NCBI RefSeq assembly: GCF_964204645.1
Contig: NC_134025.1
Span: forward strand, 4,960,001 to 5,024,000
Source: Tubulanus polymorphus
Taxonomy: Eukaryota; Animalia; Nemertea
Length of the DNA stretch: 64,000 bases
Direction: 5' to 3'
Part shown: positions 50,601-61,122 of the stretch, piece after piece
Numbering within the stretch: the first letter of the stretch is position 1
How the letters are laid out: each line of letters opens with the position of its first letter
Position numbers and translations under genes: made by a program
The notes under the pieces: model-generated
Database searches by the model: none
What the model was told of the DNA's origin: nothing
What the model saw: the letters and a program-made list of their open reading frames with translations, nothing else

Positions 50601-53600
50601 ATCATATTATCACTTCATCGCATATGTATAGTATGTAAACTCACGTCACGTCAGGCAGGTACCGGTAGTAGAAATTTTCATTATAATTTGTCCTGCGTAA
50701 CTTTAATGGATTGAAGTAATGACGTGGCTCCTGATGAATAATGTATAATGACCAGTCTTTATCCGGTTAAAACGCCGTAAAAACCGTTACAATAATGTTT
50801 ATACGTTGATATGTTATTTAAGGGGTTCTGTGTGAGTCGTTATCAATATTGGCATTTCAAAGAAACAATTTCAATTATATTTCATGATTTTCATTATTTC
50901 TATTTCATATTTGATGAATTTTTATAATTATTTTTGAGAGGATATGCGCTACATCATCAATTTATCAGGGCTTGACAATTCAAATCCAAAATAACTTTAT
51001 TAATCCCTAATATTATATCATTTTATTCTTCATTATTTATTTTCGACAATACATGTATTAAGCTGGTAAGCCTCTTGAGTAAATCTGTGGCAAATGAATG
51101 TCAACTAGCTGTGACGGGTGTAAAGTCAGGCAACGAGCCCAAGTAATTCTGTAGTTAGAATCTAGGTCTGACCATCCGCAAGGGGATACATAAATACGCC
51201 CATTGCTTCCCTTCCTCGTCTAAGTTTTTTAGATATGGATGTTCAAACCTCTCGGTAATGGTTGAATTCAATTGTCTTAATGTGAGGTGTGTAATCAGGA
51301 AGATGGCGCCACGTGTACACAGTCTGGTTGAATTTTTCTCTTTTTTTCACAGAAATTCTTCATTCGTAGCTGCAAGAACGACAACGTGAAATATGTATGC
51401 TCTAAAAATCAACAATGCTCGATTACCAAAGAATCGCGCACGCAATGTCAATTTTGCCGCTACCAGAAATGTCACAACATTGGCATGTTTAAACCCGGTA
51501 AGCGCCATGTGAACTTGACCTAGTTTTTTACGGGTAAATAGCCGGATACTACGGAGGAGCAAATGTTTACTGATGTTGAAAGAAGCTGTCTTAGTCTTGA
51601 AATCATATCTGCCTGTGTGTAAATAGAAATGTTTTATCTGCTATGACGTCAGTTAGTGAGAAGTTTTAATCATTTAATGAGTTATGTATCAAATGGAGAT
51701 GATTTTAGGATTAAGTCTCAGAAATTCAAGATGAATAGAATTCATTCATCTGAAACATAAGGCTCCATATACAAATCAATTATACTGGTATGTCGGCATA
51801 TATAATGAGTTATGTCAAGGACACACTAGGCAATTTTGGCCCCAGCAAATAGTAATAGTATGATGATGATTACTGAATAGCTGATTTTGCTTCTAGTCAT
51901 CTACTTTACCCACTTGATTTTTAATGTGATCGTGGACGTGTGCACTAAACATATAATCTAGTTTATACGTCCATGATGTGATAATTGGTGCATAGTGTTT
52001 AGCATGTGACCTGACATCAACAAACAGACGCATTCATTGATGTTCCATTCCTCGCAATTTCCCATTGAGAATTACACAGAGCAGAAAGTCGCAAAGTTAG
52101 GGATGATTGATCGAGTAGAATCGCAGAATTCCGTAAGACTTCTGGGAAAAAGTGGTCTTAAATCATAAGACTGATGTTCAGTTGTAATATCGGATAACCC
52201 CGTAGAACCAAGATGACTGATCTTAAATCTAAGCGTTATCTGTGCAACTGCCCTCAAGGTCGGATATGCATGATAGCAAAAATACAAAGTGGATAGCAGA
52301 ATTCTGGAGGATTTTTTACTGGGGATTTTTAGAGGAGTTCTTGGGTGGGATTTATTTCCATAAATTTCTGTAATCGAAATTGCCTTAAGTATTCCCTGGC
52401 AATCATTAATATTCAGTAAATGAGTATTATTATTTACTAGGGTGATACCAAACCACGGGCTGATTTCCTTTGGCCCAGAACATCAAACTGTTCAATTTAT
52501 TGGCAATGGAATTTAGTCGGGCCATTTAATTGGAATTTAGTTGGGCCATTTAAAATCTATGTGTCCATACCCATGGAGACCATTATGGGCTTTGATGAGC
52601 CATGGAAACCGTTAACTATCAGTGAACGAAATACGTATGGAGCTATGCGGAACTCAAACTCCTGGCCCATCAGGCATAAGTCTTGCGCTCTGGGCCATTG
52701 TGACAGCACAATGAAACTGCTCTGTTAAATTGATAAATGTCTGTACACTCTCGTTAATACCGGTTGCATTAGTTTATACACTGATTGACTACCATACAAA
52801 ATTTCAAGGCCCAATTCTTCTCCATGGTGACACTATTTGGTACATAGTTTCGTATTAATATATAGATTTCTTTTGTAAGCTTTTCATAGACTAGAGTTAT
52901 AAGGTCCATGAACAGAAAGTGTATCTATTACCTGTATTTAAAACATTGAATTCACTGTATGCAATATAATATAATAAATATACTGGGCCATCTACCAATA
53001 CATGCATTACATAATTCAATATAATATCAAAGTGTTGGGCTACCGTGTGTTAGTTTCATCTGAATCAGGCCATTCGGGTCTTCATCTGCGGTGTCATGTA
53101 TTTTTCCAATCGAAACTATGTAATAAAACCGCACTTCTCGTTTCTCGAGGGCTGAAATTGGAAAAGTTGTAACCAATAACGTATTAAAAAATCATTATTG
53201 TGTCTGTAATGGAAATAGATGTTAAGAGCACAGACGCGACAAAAAACCCCTCAATGACCTGTTTCAACTTCCACAAATTTCAAATTCAATTCTCAATTCC
53301 AACTCCAGTCAAATCCTCATTTTTACGGTAAACTTCAGAAATATTAGAAACAGTAGAATCCGACTTCATCGTGTTTTGTGTAGATTTGTCCTTAACTTAT
53401 TTCCATATATTTCTCAGTTAATTGGATCATAAGATGCATATATCTTGGCAGTCCTATTCCCTCAACAAGTTAAGCCTGATCACATGGACATGCTGTGGAT
53501 ACAAATATATGTACTTAAATCTGTTGCGCAGTACCTCGAGTACCATATGCAATATATATATGAAAGCCGTTGTTGACACCTAATAGTACATAGCGATAAA

Positions 53601-56600
53601 TATCATTTCAAAAGCTCTACTCGTACTACTGTATCAAGGTGATTGTGATGTGGTTACGAATAGATTTTTTAAAATTGCCTAGTTTCTGCATCATTGAGAC
53701 TGGAAATGATTGTTAATGAATTGTGAAATCGCCAAATTTGTACCAAAATCAGTAAGATTCAATGCCAAGTTTAGCAGTATTTCCGACGAAATTGCAGGAT
53801 GTGTCCTCCACTCTTTATGTGTTCATTGATACAGAATATTCATCTAGTATAATAATGAATGTGATATGCATGTTATGAAATGTTTTTCAGGAACAAATAT
53901 ATTCGCCGGTGACACTGACATATCTCATATACCGTGCAAGGTTTGCGGAGCTCCTTCGTCTGGCTTTCATTTTGGTGCGATTACGTGTGAAGGATGCAAG
54001 GTATGCCGAAAATAAATTGTCGAAAATATGTACAGTTTGAATTGTCAATTCGAAAATTCCATATTTTGAACCTATTCTTTTTCATTTTTGTCTCCTGTTG
54101 AAAATAGATATTGAAATAGTCGTGATTAACTAATATGGCAATAATATCAAAAATTGGACGACATAAACACCGCCAACACACCCACACAACACACATGTAC
54201 ATATCTAATCATGCAGTAATTGCTCAGAATTGTTGTTTCATTTATTGCACCCATAAAACACATAATTGATCAATAGGACTGGAACTATGAAAAATGATGA
54301 ATTTTCATGGATGGCTCCAGATGTTGTGTCAAATCAGCTTTACAACACCGTCTTCTAATCTCTGGCAGATCTAGTTCGTAATTCTATTAACCCAAGACTA
54401 GGTAGTAAATAAACCAAGTTAATTGGTGAGTTCGGTCGTGTGGTTGGCATAAGCTAGTTGACGCTAGTTAGATTCTGAATTTAGTGTTCCGACAACAAAA
54501 ATCCTTGTGATCTATTCAAGGCTTTAGATATGTCACCGCCAAACTGAGATACACAGAATGTAATAGATGCGGTATAAATGCATATTCAGCTGCTAAGTGA
54601 GTTTCAAATTGCCATTTCAGCAATCACCAACAGGTTATCAGTCATCCATTCTATTGTCACAAAATACGTCACATAGTGAGCTCAGATTGAGTACTCACCC
54701 AGACACTGGCTTGGGTCAAATCTCCTCCATGTGTCCATGGATATATAAACTAATTTATAAGTGGTAGAATAGCCACAATTAAACATGGAGAGAAGACGAT
54801 ATAATAAAGACCCGAAACGTTCAAAACGTCGTGTCTTCTAATATATTTTTTGATTCAATAAATTATCTGTTTTTAATCTGTAATGGTGGGTTTTTATTAT
54901 AACTCATAAGTCTTTTAAACTAGACTATATTGAGTCCTTCAGACACATGAACATGACCATAATTAGAGGCTGTTTCTAATTGTCATCTCCTTCCATGCTT
55001 CTTCGACGTCACAAACATTTACCCATATTGTCTGTTTATTTTTAGGGTGACTGGGGGCCAACTACTGGTTGCAAAACATGTTGATGCCTAATCATTGTGT
55101 ATATGTCCCTGAATCCAAATTTGGACAATTCACCAAGTTAGCTGGTGTCATTGAGTAGAACTAGTTTATACCGGATCTATAACGCCAGTTGATTTCAAGC
55201 GTTGTCATATAATTCACATATTCAAACATGTCACAGCACCGTCTCACCCATATATGTATAATATGCTAGAAGCGTATATACCAACTACGTGAAAATTCAG
55301 TGAAAGATAAAAAGTTCTTTAGTAAAAGAGAATATATTTCGAGCAACGTTTCAGCTATGAATAGCCATCTATCTTTCATCGAATTATTATGAGATTTCTC
55401 TTGTATATTCATCTTACACGGATCAACTCGACGTAAACTTTGAATCTCCATCCAACATCTAAGATTTAGATTTAATCGAATCAATTTTCCATTTTAACCA
55501 AACATGGTGCCATGCAAATTAGCATTCCTGAAAATGAGGAAGGACTTTCATTTACAGCTCATAATTTACTGATTCTAAAATGGCCCAGGATTGCTAGTCA
55601 TTTTGTATTGAATGAAATACTTAAGCACGTGTTTTGCCAAAAAGTTTATTAGTAATTTTGTTTGTTTGAACCAATGGTTGAACTGAAGATGAACCGCACA
55701 CACCCTGATATGATCCTCCCTGAAATTAGATTTTCAGTCTTTACAGACTCTTCTATGGAAAATCATAGTTTCACGCATTTCACAGTGATATCATCACATA
55801 TAACGCTGCATGTGGCAGGTCAATTACAGTTGAGATTATTAATTAGCTGAACACACTCCTCCTAGTACGGAAGGGAGTATCACAAGTTTGTGATAATTGC
55901 CATACTGAAACTGCCAGCGTGGGTAGGAACTCTCATAAGTGAGGATAATATTATCAGCTAAAATGATCTAGATTTTGTATCCAAATCAAGGTGACATATT
56001 AACCGGACTACTGGTTAAGCCCAATGCACACAGCACATGGAGACACGGAAACAGTAGACTGAAACATGTTTCCCAGTGTGCTTGTGTTTAGGAGAAATGA
56101 GAAACATGGTTTCTGGAACAATGTTTCCGATATCAAACATGCTTGATTCCATGTTTCCCTGTTTCCTTGCGCTGTGTACATTGGGCTGTAAAAAGCAGAT
56201 ATCCCCATGGTACCTGTCTATGAATTGGCTTGAAAGTATAGTTGTTCCAATACCTGCCAATAATCAATATTTCTATCAATTAATATTTTGTACTTCACTA
56301 CCTTGATTTTCTATAATTTTTCCTACTTGATTCTGAAAATGATGAAATAATAATTCAGTATGTCCCAACTGTTGACCATCGAATTCAATTGCATCTCACA
56401 TCTATTTAAAGGGCTTTTTCCGACGTACTATCAAAGAACGAGACTCGTTTCGATATAGCTGTGCTAAAGGGGCCAACTGTCAAATTACTTTGGCAACTAG
56501 AAATATCTGCAAGTTCTGCCGTTACCAGAAGTGCCTCGATGCTGGGATGACTCCCGATGGTGAGTTATTGTTCGTAAAATAGACTGACCCGTGAAATTGC

Positions 56601-59600
56601 AGATGCGAAACACTATAACACTGAACGTGCATTTAGCATTTCATATGTAGAATTGGAAAATCAATGCATAGCCTATAGATAGCCTATAGATAATGTCAAC
56701 TGAATCTTTTCTTCATATGTGGCAAAATCATTCATTCATTGAATTTGAGAAAATTATGGATACATTTTAATGAAGTTGAAGAAATACAGTGTCATGTTGG
56801 TTGACTATTCTTGGCCGCCTCTATGTTCATAAACTCATTCCCAAATGGCGATTATTGGATATTATTGGATACCTAGAGATATCCGCAAATGAGGTGTTAC
56901 TGAATGTTGGTAATAATGGCTGAGGTAGAAATGTCAAAACGAGATATTAAGAGAATTACGTGAACATGTGAATTTATATTTATAAGATTTAGAGTATAGA
57001 ATATTACATCAGTTAATCTTACACAGACAACCTGCTTTCTATCGTTAATTAGAAATATCTAGTAGTAATAGTTCTCGGCATTTCCTTTCTACCGCAATAT
57101 CCTCAGACAATGACCTAATACAATATGATCGGCTTATCAAACAATAGCAGTTTTCAGTTGAAATATAACTTTTTGGTTGAAGCACTTCAAGTGGAGTGTA
57201 GTGTTGCCGCATAGTTATGAATTAAGCTGAATTATCTTATGGTAACCACCTAATGATGATTTATTTCAAAAATAGATTTTGATTACAAAATCATGTGTAG
57301 TTATTGATGTAACGAGTTGTTGTTCCAAATTTTCAGGTAGTCGCATCGGTAGACAGCCGAACTCGGTGAAACATGCTACGATGCTCGAACTGCAAAAACT
57401 CTACAAAAACAAAGATTCGCTGCAATATATGACTGACTCTAATCAGCACAACATCCCATCATCTACAGGGACATTAATCACTGAAACCAATGTGCAACAG
57501 GTTACAAATGGTCATCAGGAAAGTAACGATCGGGTTTCAACAACTGGGTCATCGACGGCAGCTGGAACTGATTATTTCATTCCCCTCATTCCCAAAAAGG
57601 AACTGGACAATGATATCGACCATTTGGATATAAGAAATGCTTTGAAATCAGCATATCGTCATTTAGAACTCGTTCGATATAAGGTTGGTTCATTCATAAA
57701 GAAAGAATACCTCAGTATTTCAGATTTGATACTTATTCACCTAGTAATTTTTTGTTCACGCTGAATAAGATGATTTTTTAAAAGGTTTTTGCAGGGTCTG
57801 TTTTTTTTTTATATTTCACAGATGTCATCTGTATGAACTTTCAGCTTTTGATATAATCGATATTGTTCACAAAAAGAAATGAGCGTTCTAATTTGCAGTA
57901 TTGATTAAGCTACATTTGCCTGTACAGCTGTAATATATTGATTGAATTTTCTGAACTTTTCTGTAGTTCTTATGCATGCATACATTGGTATTTCTGTTAA
58001 CAAGTACGCTCCTTTCTCTTTATTTCATATAGGAAAGTGATCACGGCCCACTGTTAAGAACCGATCAAGATTACGTATGGGAGCGAATGATGAAACAGTT
58101 CACCCATGATGCTCACTGTGTTCTGAAGTTTGCGAAAAAAATTCCTGGTACTTCGTGTTTTCATCTGCTAGAAAAATTCAGAATATGTCCCCCCGATTCT
58201 GATCCTCCTAAATCATATGTTATGAAGAGTTGCGTTTAAGTTCATCAACGGAAAGTTTATGCAATATGTGGGGAGGGAAATCATTTAAACCTGTCTGACT
58301 AATTAGGCCTGATCAATGTTGAGTCTGAAATATTGGTGTGATTTTGCATAATTTTCCTATTTTTTCAAGGTTTCCGAAAGTTTGAAGTATGCGATCAGAT
58401 TACACTGCTGCAGTCATCGTTATATCAGATTGTGTTGTTCATTTTGTCGAATGATTTCCAACCGGAGAATCAAGAATATAACTATTTCAACTTCTCGCCT
58501 GATGAACGAGATGCCATATTCCTGAACTTTCCACCATTTCGTTTGCTGCAATCTCACTTTTTCCATATGGGAGAAATGCTGATAAACATGGAACTGGACA
58601 GTACGGAATTCGCTTTCATGAGTGCCCTACAGTTAGTAGCATCAGGTAGGATTTCCTGTTATATCTGTTAAGGTGCAGGTCAGCTTTAGGCAACAGACAA
58701 TATTCTGGATGTATTCTTAAATTATGCAAATTAGGTTGAGCTGTATTCCGAATTCATGAATAAATGTTTTTGAATGAATATTGAGATGTGAATATGATGC
58801 AGTGGGGCTACATATCAAACAATTGATACTGGCATATTGGTATATATTTAAATGCTGGTATACACAAATTTAATCCATGGATTAGTGTCCATAAGGAATC
58901 AAATTATCTGAAAATCATAGTTTAACTGCAATTCAGATTTTAATCTGGTATTTTAAGCTGGTACTTGTATGTAAGTATTGAATAAGTTATTTCAAATAAC
59001 CATTTCGATTTGACCATTTGGTAATTTGATTCAATTAACTCCACCTTACTCAGTAGCATTGGAACTGTAAATATTTCACAAAAAGGCTTTAAAAGAAGAC
59101 CGCATACCGTAGATCTTACTGAAAGAAAAGGTTCCAAATAGTTTTTTGGGAAATTGACTAACTTGAGTAGTGTAACAAGTTGACCTGTGTCAGGGGAGAG
59201 TCCAGTGTATTTAAATTGTGTGAAATTCCATTATTCATGATTCATAGTGATGTATATCAACTTTGTTTCCTAATTACTATGTGAATGTTAAATCATCACA
59301 TAAGTTGCACATGTGTTCATCACTATTTAAGCTGTTCCTCCTATTTCTAAGCATCATGATTAACCAACCTAATTTGCATTTAGACTATGTTGGCCAAATA
59401 TTTTGGCCTTTTTTTCATAAACATTCCATACCCAAGTTAAAATGGTCTTTTCACTGTTAATTTTGGTTTGCTGTTACGAAGGCCTGTGGCTTTTCAAATT
59501 TTAACATTGAGGGATTTAATGAAATCGTGTTATAACATCATAAGCCATTCTTTACTACACAGTTCAGTTTCAAATCCCTTCTTTAAAACACTCTCCCGAT

Positions 59601-60862
59601 ATCAATTTTGAAATTGAAACTTCTTTATTTCGCAGATGAATCAGACATGCTGAAATCATCAAACGAGATTGATTCACTGCAGGAACAGATTATGTTAAGC
59701 TTCCAGATTTACCTCAAAGGTTGGTATTTTTAACTTAAAACGCTTCACAATAGAGTACTCACATTTGTAGGTTACAAATGAATTTGGTTGTGTGATTTTT
59801 CATTGCTGTGAATACCACAAATATTATGAGGTTGATTTTTCAAGGATGGTAGAGTGATTCAGAGTAGATCAAGTACTGGGCTACCATTTTATGATAGAAG
59901 TCAGATCTTCGTACAAATCATGACATTTCCTGGAATGACTTTATTAGTGTTGAAATTATGATTTATTTCATTCAATCATCGCAAAGAACAGGACAGCCAA
60001 CTAAAACGAATTTCTAGCCTGAGATTGAGTAATACTGGCGGGATTTGTTTGATGTGTAAAAAGATATTTTAGATAAAATGTCACTTATATTAGGGGTAAG
60101 ACTCTTTGATAACTGATTTATTTCAAAATTTTTGTTTCATATTGAATGTAATGTTCTGGAAAGCAGTTCAGTGTTAATGACAGCTCTTTGCAGAGGTTGC
60201 CAACCCCCGATAGAATTTCGGCAAAAATACTTTAGAATGTCACTTTTCAAAAGCTTTTATTCAGCGGCACAATGTTTCCGTCGAAATAGAACTTAACATT
60301 ATTCTTACGCATATTTGAGTGTCATTTAAACTAGTTTCATTTCAAGATTTGAGTTGACAGAACTTGAATAAAGACGATGTGTAATACTAATGACTATGCA
60401 GATTGCAAACAGATTGAAACTATTGAGTTGCATAACACTGTAGTATCAGCGAGGTGGATCATTCTCTCGCCTCAATGATAGCAAACATAATGTACAGCCA
60501 AGTAGGAGGACTAATGATTATGATTCCCGGTTGATGGCAGCACCTGCATATAATTGATAGATGTTTGCACTTCAACAGAAAATTCCTGCTAAAAAGATAC
60601 GTTTACCAGCAGTCAGGACCATTTAAGAGTTTATAGTTATCATCTGATTGATTGTAAATATTTCTTTTCAGAAAAAGAAGGCGCAGATTCGAACCGATTT
60701 GGTTATTTGTTACTCCGTTTGGCAGAGCTACGTCAGGCTAGTATACAGCATCAGCTATCCGTTTTCGAACTGCGTAAACGTTATCCTGATTTGCATTTCC
60801 CACAGCTGTTCACGGAAATGTTCTTGAACAATAATGACGAGGACGACCAACCATCCCCTTGA
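47637..60862 (+). CDS. Nuclear receptor with two tandem DNA-binding domains and an LBD (2DBD-NR), about 973 aa, 9 coding exons
   Basis: Exons 47637-49142, 51353-51497, 53891-54000, 56412-56559, 57337-57683, 58033-58147, 58370-58645, 59636-59719, 60672-60862 (2922 nt, open frame). DBD1: [22 protein letters not shown]|[48 protein letters not shown]2: [22 protein letters not shown]|[49 protein letters not shown] signature [21 protein letters not shown]; [13 protein letters not shown]; AF-2 core FPQLFTEMF. Confidence 0.93.
49458..49740. mobile_element. MITE-like element of about 280 bp in the intron splitting DBD1
   Basis: GC-richer block bounded by imperfect inverted ends AGCCGCGATCACATGAG / CTCTGTGCGATTACAGCT, with internal short repeats of the GGCCC/GCCAAATT type. 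Confidence 0.45.
49951..50175 (+). repeat. Polypyrimidine (CT/CCCT) low-complexity tract, about 225 bp
   Basis: Almost exclusively C and T on the + strand. Confidence 0.95.
56018..56187. mobile_element. MITE of about 170 bp (Tourist/PIF-Harbinger-like ends) in the intron splitting DBD2
   Basis: TIR AGCCCAATGCACACAGC / GCTGTGTACATTGGGCT (16 of 17 match), flanked by TTA and GTA. Internal GAAACA/TGTTTC repeats. Confidence 0.7.
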
Positions 60863-61122
60863 ACTTACGTATTGATGGCTACATATATTCGAGTGTAATT
60901 TAATTCAATCGAATACAACGAACTAATGCTTGAACGGCATAAGCTTTCAAGATTTTTAAAGCTCTTTCCACATTTTCAAATGTATTGACCAACCATCCAC
61001 TTGAACTTAAGTATTGATGACTTCATATATTCGAGTGAAATGTAATGCTATCAATTGCAAGGAACAAATGTGGAATGGTGTAAGCATTCAAGATTTTCAA
61101 TGCTACCTCCACATTTTCAAAT
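60845..61122 (+). repeat. Diverged tandem duplication (period 142 bp) spanning the NR stop codon
   Basis: GACCAACCATCC(C/A)CTTGAACTTA(C/A)GTATTGATG...CATATATTCGAGTG...TTCAAGATTTT...TCCACATTTTCAAAT starts at 60845 and again at 60987. Confidence 0.9.

Noticed and set aside
5407-60862. Functional SUMO cluster linking SENP6/7 with the SIM-bearing 2DBD-NR
   Set aside because: Proximity of eukaryotic genes more than 30 kb apart is not evidence of a shared pathway unless synteny is shown to be conserved.
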